Below, one piece after another: positions 16,371 through 25,684 of a stretch of 26,756 nt of DNA (the stretch's first letter is position 1; each line of letters starts with the position of its first letter). Below the pieces are notes generated by a model, which worked only from the letters and a program-made list of their open reading frames with translations, ran no database searches and was not told where the DNA came from. The translations under genes were made by a program, and so were the position numbers. This DNA is from Lawsonibacter hominis (lineage in GTDB: Bacteria; Bacillota; Clostridia; Oscillospirales; Oscillospiraceae): contig NZ_JACOPP010000032.1 in the NCBI RefSeq assembly GCF_014287895.1, positions 1 to 26,756 of the forward strand. The letters run 5' to 3'.

Positions 16371-16955
16371 ATGACGGAACACTACCATTTTTTTGCCTAT
16401 CTCTCCCGCATGCGGTATATCAATCGCTGGGGGCTGATGCGCAACACGTTTCAGGAGAATATCCAGGAGCACTCCCACGTGGTGGCGGTGCTGGCGCATG
16501 CCCTGGCGGTCATCCGCCGGGAGGTGTTCGGCGGGGAGATCGATCCCGGCCTGGCGGCGGCCGCCGCCCTGTTCCACGACGCGCCCGAGATCCTCACCGG
16601 CGACCTGCCGACTCCGGTGAAGTATTATAACCCGGAGATCCGGGACGCCTATAAGGCGGTGGAGGAATTTTCCGCACGAAAGCTGCTCTCCCTGCTGCCG
16701 GAGGAGCTGCGGGGCGCCTACGAGCCGCTGCTGCTGGAGGCGTGCGGCACGCAGGTACAGGCCGTGGTGAAGGCGGCGGACAAGCTCTCCGCCTACCTCA
16801 AGTGCCTGGAGGAACTCAAGGCGGGCAACCTGGAGTTCAAGCTTGCCGCGGAGCAGACCCGGCAGGCGCTGGAGGACTCCCCCCTGCCGGAAGTGAACTA
16901 CTTCCTGGAGCACTTCCTGCCGGGATTCAGTCTGACCCTTGACGAGCTGCAATAA
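16371..16955 (+). CDS. HD-domain 5'-deoxynucleotidase, YfbR-like
   Basis: Close match to the YfbR pattern: FFAYLSRMRYINRWGLMRN, HSHVVAVLAHALA, LFHDAPEILTGDLPTPVKYYN and ADKLSAYLKCLEELKAGNLEF. Start at ATG 16371 (MTEHYHFF). Confidence 0.88.
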   Translation: MTEHYHFFAYLSRMRYINRWGLMRNTFQENIQEHSHVVAVLAHALAVIRREVFGGEIDPGLAAAAALFHDAPEILTGDLPTPVKYYNPEIRDAYKAVEEFSARKLLSLLPEELRGAYEPLLLEACGTQVQAVVKAADKLSAYLKCLEELKAGNLEFKLAAEQTRQALEDSPLPEVNYFLEHFLPGFSLTLDELQ

Positions 16956-16987
16956 AGAGCGATAGCAACGAAAGGAGAGAACCGACC

Positions 16988-17257
16988 ATGAGAGCGATCG
17001 TAACGGTACTGGGCAAGGACCGGGTGGGCATCATGTCCCTGGTGTGTTCCCTGCTGGCCGAACGCAACGTGAATATTCTGGATATCAGCCAGACCATCCT
17101 GCAAGACTATTTCACCATGGTGATGCTGGTGGACGCATCCGAGAGCGCCTTGCCCTTTGCCGAGCTGGCCGCCCTGCTGGCTGCCGAGGGGGAGAAGCGG
17201 GACCTGGACATCCGCGCCCAGCGCGAGGACATCTTCAACGCCATGCACCGGATCTGA
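16988..17257 (+). CDS. ACT domain-containing protein (UPF0237 family)
   Basis: 89-aa ACT fold (AIVTVLGKDRVGIMSLVCSLLAERNVNILDISQTIL). RBS AAAGGAGAG. Lies immediately upstream of a UPF0210 gene, a conserved pairing. Confidence 0.85.
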   Translation: MRAIVTVLGKDRVGIMSLVCSLLAERNVNILDISQTILQDYFTMVMLVDASESALPFAELAALLAAEGEKRDLDIRAQREDIFNAMHRI

Positions 17258-17329
17258 AAAGAAGCGCGCAGCCGCCTGATCGGAAGCACGCGCGGCATCA
17301 GGAAGCGGAATCTGCCGGGAGGACTTATT

Positions 17330-18688
17330 TTGATCAATACAAATGAGATTTTAGAGACCATCCATATGATCGACCAGCAGCATCTGGATATCCGTACCAT
17401 TACGATGGGCATTTCCCTGCTGGACTGCGCCGATCCCGACCCCAAGTCCGCCTGCAGGAAGATCTACGAGAAGATCACCCGGCAGGCGGACCGGCTGGTG
17501 GCGACCGGCGAGGCCATCGAGCGGGAGTTCGGCATCCCCATCGTCAACAAGCGCATTTCGGTCACACCCATGGCGCTGGTCGCCGGCGCCTCCCAGTGTG
17601 AGAGCTATGTGCCCTTTGCCGTTGCCATGGACGATGCGGCCAAGGCGACCGGCATCAATTTTATCGGCGGCTTTTCCGCTCTGGTACAGAAGGGGGCCAC
17701 GCCCGCCGACCGGAAGCTGGTGGCCTCCATCCCCGAAGCGCTGGCCATCACCGATTACGTCTGTTCCTCCGTGAACGTAGGCTCCACCCGTGCGGGCATC
17801 AACATGGACGCGGTGGCCGCCATGGGCCGCACCATCAAGCAGGCGGCCGAACGCACCGCCGATCGGGGCGGTTTCGGCTGCGCCAAGCTGGTGGTGTTCT
17901 GCAACGCGGTGGAGGACAACCCCTTCATGGCGGGCGCGTTCCACGGCGTGGGCGAGCCGGAGTGCGTCATCAACGTGGGCGTGTCCGGTCCCGGCGTGGT
18001 GTACCACGCGCTCCAGTCCGTGAAGGGCGCGTCCTTTGACGTGGTGGCCGAGACCATCAAGAAGACCGCCTTCCGGGTGACCCGTATGGGGCAGCTGGTG
18101 GCCCAGGAGGCCAGCCGCCGTCTGGGCGTGCCCTTCGGCATCGTGGATCTGTCGCTGGCGCCCACGCCGGCCATCGGGGATTCCGTGGCCCGCATTCTGG
18201 AGGAGATGGGCCTTGCCGTGTGCGGCACCCACGGCACCACCGCCGCGCTGGCGCTGCTCAACGACGCGGTGAAAAAGGGCGGCGTCATGGCGTCTTCCCA
18301 TGTGGGCGGCCTGTCCGGCGCGTTTATCCCCGTCAGCGAGGATGAGGGCATGATCGCCGCCGCAGCTTCCGGCGCGCTGCATTTGGACAAGCTGGAGGCC
18401 ATGACCTGCGTCTGCTCCGTGGGATTGGACATGATCGCGGTCCCCGGCGATACCTCCGCCGCCACCATCTCCGCCATCATCGCGGACGAGGCCGCCATTG
18501 GCATGGTCAACTCCAAGACCACCGCCGTGCGCATCATTCCCGCCCCCGGCAAGGTGGTGGGAGATACCGTGGAGTTCGGCGGGCTGCTGGGCTCCGCCCC
18601 GGTCATGCCGGTGCACCCCTTTGGCAGCGACGCCTTCGTGGCCCGCGGCGGCCGTATCCCGGCGCCGATGCAGAGCTTGAAGAACTGA
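17330..18688 (+). CDS. UPF0210 / DUF711 (PFL-like family) protein of unknown function
   Basis: Characteristic N-terminus [30 protein letters not shown] start with GGGAGGA 7 nt upstream. 452 aa. Confidence 0.85.
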   Translation: MINTNEILETIHMIDQQHLDIRTITMGISLLDCADPDPKSACRKIYEKITRQADRLVATGEAIEREFGIPIVNKRISVTPMALVAGASQCESYVPFAVAMDDAAKATGINFIGGFSALVQKGATPADRKLVASIPEALAITDYVCSSVNVGSTRAGINMDAVAAMGRTIKQAAERTADRGGFGCAKLVVFCNAVEDNPFMAGAFHGVGEPECVINVGVSGPGVVYHALQSVKGASFDVVAETIKKTAFRVTRMGQLVAQEASRRLGVPFGIVDLSLAPTPAIGDSVARILEEMGLAVCGTHGTTAALALLNDAVKKGGVMASSHVGGLSGAFIPVSEDEGMIAAAASGALHLDKLEAMTCVCSVGLDMIAVPGDTSAATISAIIADEAAIGMVNSKTTAVRIIPAPGKVVGDTVEFGGLLGSAPVMPVHPFGSDAFVARGGRIPAPMQSLKN

Positions 18689-18816
18689 CCGCCGCCGGGG
18701 CCCCCGCCGCAGGCGGGCCCGCGCTTTGCGCAAGGGCGATCGACCTGGCCCGAGTCTGTAAAACCGGCTGGGAATGGCCGCGGCCCGGCCCGCAGGCAGG
18801 GACTGAAACAGGAACG

Positions 18817-18848
18817 CCCAAAGGGCCGCCGGTTCGGCGGCCCTTTGG
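18817..18848 (+). terminator. intrinsic terminator (CCCAAAGGGCCGCCG-gttc-GGCGGCCCTTTGG followed by CATGTTT)
   Basis: Perfect hairpin about 130 nt downstream of the UPF0210 stop. Confidence 0.65.
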
Positions 18849-18918
18849 CATGTTTGACGCCGGCGGCAGGCAGGCCCGGGACGAAGGCCCCGGCCCCGTT
18901 TTGAAAGGAGCTTCGGCT

Positions 18919-20982
18919 ATGCCCACATTTCGAACCGCGTGTCCCTATGACTGCCCCGACGGCTGTTCCCTGCTGGCGGAGGTGGAGGACGGGCGCGTCC
19001 AAGCCCTCTCCGGCGACCCGGCAAATCCCTATACCAACGCCCGGATCTGCGCCAAAATGGCGCGCCTGCCCCAGGCCATCCACAGCCCGGAGCGCATCCT
19101 CACGCCCCTGCGCCGTACCGGGGCCAAGGGGGAGGGCCGCTTCGCTCCGGTCTGCTGGGACGAGGCCGTGGCGGAGATCACCGAACGCTGGCGGGAGATC
19201 ATCGGGCGCTACGGGGCCGAAGCGATCCTGCCCTACTCCTACGCCGGGACCATGGGGGCGGTGCAGCGCAGCGGCGGGGAGGGATTCTTCCATGCCCTGG
19301 GGGCCTCCCGGCTGGAGCGCACGCTGTGCAGCTCCGGAAAGTCCGCAGGGTGGAGCGCCGTTATGGGGGATTCCTGCGATCTGGCCCCATGGGATCTGGT
19401 CCACAGCGACCTGATCCTGCTGTGGAGCGCCAACCTGCCTGCCACCCGGATGCATCTGATCCCCTATGTGCGTCAGGCCAAGGCCAAGGGCGCGCGGGTC
19501 GTTCTGCTGGATGTGTACGAGACCCCCTCCGCCGCCCTGGCGGACGAGCGGCTGCTGCTGCGCCCGGGCAGCGACGGCGCGCTGGCGCTCTCGCTGCTCC
19601 AGGTGCTGGCGCAGGAGGGACGGACCGACGAGGCCTACCTGGCCGGGCATACCACCGGCTGGCCAGAGTTGCGCGCCACACTGGAGCGCTGGACGCCGGA
19701 GAAGACGCAGCCCCTCACCGGCCTTGCCCCGGAGACGGTGCGGGCGCTGGCGCGGGCCTATGGCCGGGCGGAGGCGCCCGCCATTGTGCTGGGCAGCGGC
19801 TTCTCCCGCGCGGGCAACGGCGGGGAGGCCACCCGGGCCATCGCCGCCCTGCCTGCGGCAGTGGGGGCCTGGTCCAAACGGGGCGGCGGCACCTACGGAG
19901 TGTGCTCCGCTCCCAGCCTGGTGGATAAGACCCTGGTCAAGCGGCCCGACCTGGCTCCCGGGACGCTGCGGAGCATCAATATCAACCTGCTGGGCCCCGC
20001 TTTGGCGGGAGAGGGACTGGACAAGCCGGTGATGAGCCTGTACGTCTACCATGCAAACCCGGCGGCCGTCACCTCCGACCAGAACGCCGTGCTGCGGGGG
20101 CTGGCCCGGGAGGATCTGTTCACCGTGGTCCACGAGCGGTGTCTCACCGATACCGCCCGCTACGCCGATCTGATCCTGCCAGCCCCCTATATGGTGGAGA
20201 CCGAGGACCTCTACACCCCCTACGGGTACCGGGGCATCCAGTACGTCAAGCCCGTCGCCGCTCCGCCGGGGCAGGTCAAGAGCAACTGGGAGGTCTTCTG
20301 CCGGCTGGCCCGGGCCATGGGGCTGGAGGAAGAACTGTTTTCCCGCTCCGCAGGCGCGCTGTGCCGGGCGCTGGTGGAGGGGAGCGGGGCGCTTACCCCG
20401 GAGGAGAAGGCGAAGGTGCTGGCGGGGGAGCCGGTGATCTGCGCCGCCCCCTTTCCCCTGCCGGTGGAGACAAAGGACCGGAAGATCCACCTGGCCGACC
20501 CGGCCCCCATCACCTGGTATCCGCCTCACGGCGGGCCGGAGCCTCTGCGCCTGGTGTGCGCTCCGGCGGTGCACACCCTCAACTCGTCCTTTCATGAGTG
20601 CCGCACCCTGCGGGAGCGGCAAGGTCCCGCGCGGCTGCGGATGAACGCCGCCGACGCCGCCCGGCGGGGACTGGCCCACGGCGACCGGGCGGTCTGCCGC
20701 AACGAACTGGGCCGGATGGCCTGCATCGTGGCGCTGGACCGGCCCGTAGTCCCGGGTGCGGTGGTGGCGGAGGGCGTCTACCCCGGGGAGAATACCGTCA
20801 ACGCCCTGACCCACGCCCGCCTGTCCGACCTGGGAAGGGCTACCACCCTCAACGACAATACCGTGGAGGTCTCGCCCGTGCCGCCGGAGGAGCAAGAATC
20901 CCTTTTTCCTCTGGAAAATACGCCTGCGGCGGTGTATGATAAGGGCGTACGCCAGACAGGCGATCCTTTCTTGAAGGAGTGA
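18919..20982 (+). CDS. molybdopterin-dependent oxidoreductase (MopB superfamily), cytoplasmic, N-terminal 4Fe-4S motif CX3CX3C...C
   Basis: N-terminus MPTFRTACPYDCPDGCSLLAEV...NARICAKM has four Cys in MopB arrangement but CX3CX3C spacing instead of the usual CX2CX3C. The C-terminal molybdopterin dinucleotide-binding domain pattern is present. There is no Tat or signal peptide. RBS GAAAGGAG; 687 aa. Confidence 0.85.
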   Translation: MPTFRTACPYDCPDGCSLLAEVEDGRVQALSGDPANPYTNARICAKMARLPQAIHSPERILTPLRRTGAKGEGRFAPVCWDEAVAEITERWREIIGRYGAEAILPYSYAGTMGAVQRSGGEGFFHALGASRLERTLCSSGKSAGWSAVMGDSCDLAPWDLVHSDLILLWSANLPATRMHLIPYVRQAKAKGARVVLLDVYETPSAALADERLLLRPGSDGALALSLLQVLAQEGRTDEAYLAGHTTGWPELRATLERWTPEKTQPLTGLAPETVRALARAYGRAEAPAIVLGSGFSRAGNGGEATRAIAALPAAVGAWSKRGGGTYGVCSAPSLVDKTLVKRPDLAPGTLRSININLLGPALAGEGLDKPVMSLYVYHANPAAVTSDQNAVLRGLAREDLFTVVHERCLTDTARYADLILPAPYMVETEDLYTPYGYRGIQYVKPVAAPPGQVKSNWEVFCRLARAMGLEEELFSRSAGALCRALVEGSGALTPEEKAKVLAGEPVICAAPFPLPVETKDRKIHLADPAPITWYPPHGGPEPLRLVCAPAVHTLNSSFHECRTLRERQGPARLRMNAADAARRGLAHGDRAVCRNELGRMACIVALDRPVVPGAVVAEGVYPGENTVNALTHARLSDLGRATTLNDNTVEVSPVPPEEQESLFPLENTPAAVYDKGVRQTGDPFLKE

Positions 20983-20987
20983 TCCCT

Positions 20988-22322
20988 ATGACGATCCAGA
21001 TCAATACCTCCAACGCAAGCCCCTTCCTGCCCCAGGACTGGCTGGACAGCCGCCTGGACGCCCTGGCGAAGGCGCGGACCATGCTGGAACAGGGCAACGG
21101 TCCCGGCGGGTCTTTTACCGGCTGGGTCCACCTGCCCCGGGATTATGACAGGACGGAATTTGACCGCATCCAGGCTGCCGCGGCCAAGATCCGCGCCGAT
21201 TCCCAGGCGCTGGTGGTCATCGGTATCGGCGGCTCCTATCTGGGCGCACGCGCTGTGGTGGAGCTGCTCCACTCCCCCAATTACAACCTCATCCGCTCCA
21301 CCGGCGGCCCCGACCTCTACTTTGCCGGCAACGGGCTGTCCACCGACGGCCTGCTGGAGATCATCGACCTGGTCAAGGACCGGGATTTTTCGCTCAACGT
21401 CATCTCCAAATCGGGCACGACCACGGAACCCGCCGTAGCGTTTCGTATTTTAAAAGCCCTTCTGGAGCAAAAATACGGCAAGGAAGAGGCGCGGCGCCGT
21501 ATCTATGCCACCACCGACGCCCGCAGGGGGGCCCTCAAGGGCCTGGCGGACACGGAGGGCTACGAGGAATTCGTGGTGCCCGACGCGGTGGGCGGCCGCT
21601 ATTCCGTCCTCACCGCCGTGGGACTGCTGCCCATCGCCTGCGCGGGCATTGACCTTGCCGCGCTGATGGACGGCGCCTGCAGCGCGATGGAGGCCCTCGC
21701 CGTCCCAGGCGCGGACAACCCCGCCTGGCAGTACGCCGCGGCCCGCCACGCCCTGTACCAGGCGGGCAAGCGGGTGGAGGTGCTGGCGGGGTATGAGCCC
21801 TCGTTCCGCTTTTTTGCCGAGTGGTGGAAGCAGCTCTACGGCGAGAGCGAGGGCAAGGAGCACAAGGGCCTCTTCCCGGCCAGCGTGGAATTTACCGCCG
21901 ATCTGCACTCCATGGGACAATACATCCAGCAGGGCGAGCGGCTCCTGTTTGAGACGGTGGTGCGTTTTGCACGCAGCCGCGGGCGTATCGCCATTCCCCA
22001 CGACCCGGAGAATGTGGACGGGCTCAATTTCCTCTCCGGCAAGGACCTGGAGTTTGTCAGCCGGCAGGCCATGCGGGGCGTGACCCTGGCCCACGTGGAC
22101 GGCGGCGTGCCCAACCTGGCGCTGACCGTGCCCGGCCGGGACGCCCGCAGCGTGGGCGCGCTGATCTATTTCTTCGAGTATGCATGCGGCCTGTCCGGCT
22201 ACCTGCTGGGCGTCAACCCCTTCGACCAGCCAGGCGTGGAGGCCTACAAGAACAATATGTACGCCCTGCTGGGCAAGCCGGGATACGAAGCGCGCCGCGC
22301 CGAGCTGGAGGCCCGCCTGTAG
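20988..22322 (+). CDS. pgi: glucose-6-phosphate isomerase (short Firmicutes-type PGI)
   Basis: PGI pattern: VVIGIGGSYLGARAV, ISKSGTTTEPAV, and a catalytic Glu and His region. Start 5 nt after the oxidoreductase stop, with GAAGGAG 8 nt upstream. 444 aa. Confidence 0.92.
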   Translation: MTIQINTSNASPFLPQDWLDSRLDALAKARTMLEQGNGPGGSFTGWVHLPRDYDRTEFDRIQAAAAKIRADSQALVVIGIGGSYLGARAVVELLHSPNYNLIRSTGGPDLYFAGNGLSTDGLLEIIDLVKDRDFSLNVISKSGTTTEPAVAFRILKALLEQKYGKEEARRRIYATTDARRGALKGLADTEGYEEFVVPDAVGGRYSVLTAVGLLPIACAGIDLAALMDGACSAMEALAVPGADNPAWQYAAARHALYQAGKRVEVLAGYEPSFRFFAEWWKQLYGESEGKEHKGLFPASVEFTADLHSMGQYIQQGERLLFETVVRFARSRGRIAIPHDPENVDGLNFLSGKDLEFVSRQAMRGVTLAHVDGGVPNLALTVPGRDARSVGALIYFFEYACGLSGYLLGVNPFDQPGVEAYKNNMYALLGKPGYEARRAELEARL

Positions 22323-22537
22323 GCCTCCACACCAAGGGGGCGCCCTGGGGGCAAACCCTTGCCGGCGGGCGGATTCACTCCGCCCGCCGGATCAAAGCGC
22401 CGGGGTCCCCAAGGAACCCGGATTCGGTGGCCCCCCTGCAAAGAAAGGCGGTACGCCCTGCCGGACAAGCCGGGCACACGGCGGGGCCGAATGGTTCGAT
22501 TTGGTTCATGAATTTTTAGTGAACTTCTGCAAAGCGG

Positions 22538-22566
22538 TTGCAATCCCCCGGTAAAAATGGTAACAT
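22538..22566 (+). promoter_or_regulatory. promoter: TTGCAA, 17-bp spacer, TAACAT
   Basis: Read from sequence. The leader holds hairpin CCGGAG-aggag-CTCCGG (22579-22595), whose loop is SD-like, ahead of the true GAAGGAG RBS. Confidence 0.55.
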
Positions 22567-22618
22567 GGAGCCACAAGGCCGGAGAGGAGCTCCGGCGGAC
22601 TATGAAGGAGTGATAACT

Positions 22619-23032
22619 ATGGTGAGAGTGATCATGGGCATCAAGGGCACCGGCAAGACCAAGCAGATGATCGAGCTCATTAATTCCGCTGTCCACAGCG
22701 AAAACGGCAATGTGGTCTGCATCGAACGCGGGCCCAAGCTGACTTATGATATCCATTACAAGATCCGCCTGGTGGAAGCCAGCCATTATGATATGAGCAA
22801 CTTCGATTTCCTGAAGGGCTTCATCAGCGGCCTGTACGCCGGCAACTACGACATCACCCATGTCTTTATCGACAGCCTGACCAAGATCGTTTCCTCCGAC
22901 GCATCCGACCATGCGGTAGAGGAGTTCCTGGATTGGCTGAACAGCTTCTCCGAAAAGAACAACATCAAGTTCACCGTCACCATCAGCGCAGACGCCTCTC
23001 TGGCCACCGAGGGCGTGAAAAAGTATTTCTGA
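22619..23032 (+). CDS. orphan mini P-loop NTPase, RecA/KaiC-like (137 aa)
   Basis: Walker A GIKGTGKT at residues 7-14, Walker B-like HVFID at about residue 85 (72 residues after Walker A, the RecA-family spacing), and a TVTIS strand. Start at ATG 22619 with GAAGGAG 8 nt upstream. GC3 is host-like although overall GC is lower. Confidence 0.65.
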   Translation: MVRVIMGIKGTGKTKQMIELINSAVHSENGNVVCIERGPKLTYDIHYKIRLVEASHYDMSNFDFLKGFISGLYAGNYDITHVFIDSLTKIVSSDASDHAVEEFLDWLNSFSEKNNIKFTVTISADASLATEGVKKYF

Positions 23033-23048
23033 TCAGCCGGACCGAAAC

Positions 23049-23072
23049 GGGCCCCGCCAGTTGGCGGGGCCC
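23049..23072. terminator. bidirectional terminator GGGCCCCGCC-agtt-GGCGGGGCCC followed by a T-rich tract
   Basis: Perfect 10-bp stem between convergent P-loop gene (+) and DapA-like gene (-); TTTGGCTTTTCTTTAT downstream. Confidence 0.8.
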
Positions 23073-23098
23073 ATTCCTGTTTGGCTTTTCTTTATATT

Positions 23099-24115
23099 CT
23101 AATATAATGAGATACCTAGATTTTTGCATTCTTCGGGTGCCCGTACTACTTCAAAACCTGCTTTTATGAGAGCATCCCGTAGCATTAGGACCTCCTCGTC
23201 TGAAAAAGCTGTGCGGGGCAACCTGGCGTAATAGTTGGGGAAAATTCCGAGCAGCCAGGCAGTAATCTTATAGCGGTAGGGGAAGCGTCCGTAAGTCTTG
23301 ATCGTGGTGCCAAATACCCCGCGGACAGCGTCGGTGGCAGGCTCAAGGCGCTTTTGAATGGCAAATGCCTCGTTAAGATCGCCCCGCTTTACTGCATTGA
23401 CGATAGCAACATCATATTCCACACGCCAGCAGCCCCCGCCGTTAAACGTACCTTCCGCACCGTTGACAAGGCTCTCGGCCAAATCATGGTCACCTGCGCG
23501 CAAGGTGCACACGTGTCGGCCTGTTTGTGCCTCCACCTCACGCATATTGGCCACCAGTTCTTTTATTAAGCCGTTGTTTTGACGGCTTTCATATTTCCAG
23601 GCGCAAATATTGGGACAGGCAAGCGCAATCTCTTTCAGTACAGCGGGAGGGGTACCTACCATTAGTGCCATAATGGGAAGATCGAAGGCCTTATCGAACG
23701 TTTTATAGAGGTTGATAAAATCCTCCATATTATTTTGATCCGGCACAGGGTGAAGATACAGCACATCCGCGCCCGCTTCAATGACCTTTTCTGCTTCTTT
23801 GACCATGTCCCAAGTCCACTGCTGATTTCTGGGTTCAATTTTTCCGGTCACCGGAATGCGCCCTTTGGATTCCTCCTTGGCAATTTCAATCAAACGGCAG
23901 GTTTCTTCTAAGGAAAGGCCCTCTACCTCATTCGGATCAAGGCCTGCGATACCGGAGTCAATCATATGTCGAATCATACTGCGATATGTGTCTTCATCGA
24001 TTTCACGGCAGGTATTGTCTGTCCAGGGTACGATGGTAGCGGGATAAACGCCAGACCAATCCAGCCCCATCGGACCTTTTCCACTGGGTTTGTTCCATTT
24101 GTTCCGGTTATTCAT
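23099..24115 (-). CDS. dihydrodipicolinate synthase/N-acetylneuraminate lyase family protein (class I aldolase), divergent
   Basis: N-terminal region GVYPATIVPWTDN...EDTYRSMIRHMIDSGIAGL matches the DapA/NanA-family pattern, and there is a candidate Schiff-base Lys in CAWKYES. The canonical GxTGE and YNIP motifs are not conserved. Start ATG 24115 with AAGGAG 8 nt upstream. Mixed GC3. Confidence 0.65.
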   Translation of the reverse strand: MNNRNKWNKPSGKGPMGLDWSGVYPATIVPWTDNTCREIDEDTYRSMIRHMIDSGIAGLDPNEVEGLSLEETCRLIEIAKEESKGRIPVTGKIEPRNQQWTWDMVKEAEKVIEAGADVLYLHPVPDQNNMEDFINLYKTFDKAFDLPIMALMVGTPPAVLKEIALACPNICAWKYESRQNNGLIKELVANMREVEAQTGRHVCTLRAGDHDLAESLVNGAEGTFNGGGCWRVEYDVAIVNAVKRGDLNEAFAIQKRLEPATDAVRGVFGTTIKTYGRFPYRYKITAWLLGIFPNYYARLPRTAFSDEEVLMLRDALIKAGFEVVRAPEECKNLGISLY

Positions 24116-24155
24116 GATAAACACTCCTTCTTTTTGATAGATGCCGCTTGTTCCG

Positions 24156-25496
24156 TTAGATCAGACCAGGGAACAGCGTCATAACAATGGCCGCCACAAA
24201 GGCGCTGACAAGGGTTGCTACAACAGAGTTCAAAAACATTAACGGATAGGATTCCTTGACGGTACATCCGGGAAGTGCAATCGCCGTCAGGACACCTGCG
24301 TTGGTTGGCAGGGAGTCAAAGGTAGTTCCTGCCATGGTCACGAGCCGATGAAACGCCTGTGCGGGAACGCCCGCCGCCAGGAAAGAGGGGGCCAGCATGT
24401 TGACCGCCGCGGAGACGCCGCCCACCGGATTGCCCATGATCCCAACCACAATGGAGGCAGCAACCACTACGAAAATCAACAGCATCCCGCTATCGACAGA
24501 GGTTAATGCCTGTACGATTGCACCAAAAGCGTCCGTGGCGCTTACAACGGCGCCGAACCCCACAAGAGAACCGGTAATCAGGGCGATCCGTGCTGTCTGA
24601 GGGACGGCACCGTTGAATGCTGCAATGACCGCACGGCCATAACGGTTTTCCTTGTTTTGGGCCTTGAGTGCGGGGGCAAACAGGATCAGAGCGAGTACCA
24701 ATCCAATGAGCATAGCGAGAATGATATTTAGCTTAAATACATTGAACACCACAAAAATTGCAATTAATGGGATAAGGGCCACAAAGAAATTGGGAACCCG
24801 TTTTGTCTCATCGGCAACGGGGTCCGTATCAATCCCGCAGAATTGCTCGCCCCGTACCTTTGCACGCTTCAAAACCCAAACGGTGAACAGAATGGCGAGG
24901 ATGCCGCCGACGGCACTGCCAATTAATCCGGGGACGAGGGCTGCTGTGGGCGTTGTCCCCAGCGCCAGGGGGATTACGTTGATAATCTGAGGACTGCCCG
25001 GGAGTGACGACATCATGCTTCCGATATAAATACAGCCTGGGATATAGCGGCGGGGCAGATTGACCTCTTTAAAAAAACCGATTACCAACGGGACCCGTGC
25101 GATGATAGAGGCCATAGCGTCAATTCCACCCAGATAGAAAACGGTCGTGATTGCAAAGGATGACAACACCGCAACCCAAATTCCGCGCGTACCGTGTACG
25201 CCGCCCTTGGCGAACGTTCTGATGATGGTTTTGGCGATGACCTGGGATGCGCCGGATTCACTGTAAAGTGCCGCAAACATACACCCAACCAGGAAAATGG
25301 GGGTATACGTCTTGATAAATCCGGCGGCTCCAGACATAAAGGTTTCTGTATAGGTCTCCAGAGAGAGGGCGCGATTGCAGATCGCTACCACCATGGCAGC
25401 AATTACGGACAGCCATACGACATCCAGTTTTTGAAATGTAAAATACATTAGGATCGCAATCCCCAACAGGATTCCCACGATGCCGAGAATGTTCAT
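24156..25496 (-). CDS. GntP family permease (gluconate/sugar-acid:H+ symporter family)
   Basis: About 12 TM helices with a GntP-like pattern (IVGILLGIAILMYF...GGIDAMASIIARV...). Start at MNILGIV with AAGGAGGAG immediately upstream. 446 aa. Confidence 0.8.
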   Translation of the reverse strand: MNILGIVGILLGIAILMYFTFQKLDVVWLSVIAAMVVAICNRALSLETYTETFMSGAAGFIKTYTPIFLVGCMFAALYSESGASQVIAKTIIRTFAKGGVHGTRGIWVAVLSSFAITTVFYLGGIDAMASIIARVPLVIGFFKEVNLPRRYIPGCIYIGSMMSSLPGSPQIINVIPLALGTTPTAALVPGLIGSAVGGILAILFTVWVLKRAKVRGEQFCGIDTDPVADETKRVPNFFVALIPLIAIFVVFNVFKLNIILAMLIGLVLALILFAPALKAQNKENRYGRAVIAAFNGAVPQTARIALITGSLVGFGAVVSATDAFGAIVQALTSVDSGMLLIFVVVAASIVVGIMGNPVGGVSAAVNMLAPSFLAAGVPAQAFHRLVTMAGTTFDSLPTNAGVLTAIALPGCTVKESYPLMFLNSVVATLVSAFVAAIVMTLFPGLI

Positions 25497-25663
25497 AACT
25501 CCTCCTTGCATGTTTTCGTATAGACCAGTTCCTTTGTTTGCACGCTTGGAAATATTGATCATAAGCACTGCAGTTGCTTGGGACTCATTTTAGCATTTAT
25601 AAACAAATAAGTGAAAGTCGAATCACGACTTTCGCTTATTCCGAAGTGGTGTGACCATTTGTT

Positions 25664-25684
25664 ATAATAATTTTATATAATTAT
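25664..25684. promoter_or_regulatory. LysR-type T-N11-A operator ATAAT-N11-ATTAT
   Basis: Perfect dyad read from sequence in the AT-rich divergent region between gntP and the LysR gene, 32 nt upstream of the LysR start. Confidence 0.5.

Noticed and set aside
18689-18918. Possible Moco (molybdenum cofactor) riboswitch upstream of the molybdopterin oxidoreductase.
   Set aside because: The hairpin at 18817-18848 is better explained as the terminator of the upstream ACT-UPF0210 operon. Only about 70 nt remain before the start codon, too short for the Moco motif, and no promoter is seen upstream of the candidate aptamer. Undecidable without a covariance-model (Rfam MOCO) scan.
22470-22500. T-loop-like GGTTCGATT sequence suggesting a tRNA.
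   Set aside because: No complementary T-stem, acceptor stem or anticodon arm can be built around it; I rejected it as a tRNA.
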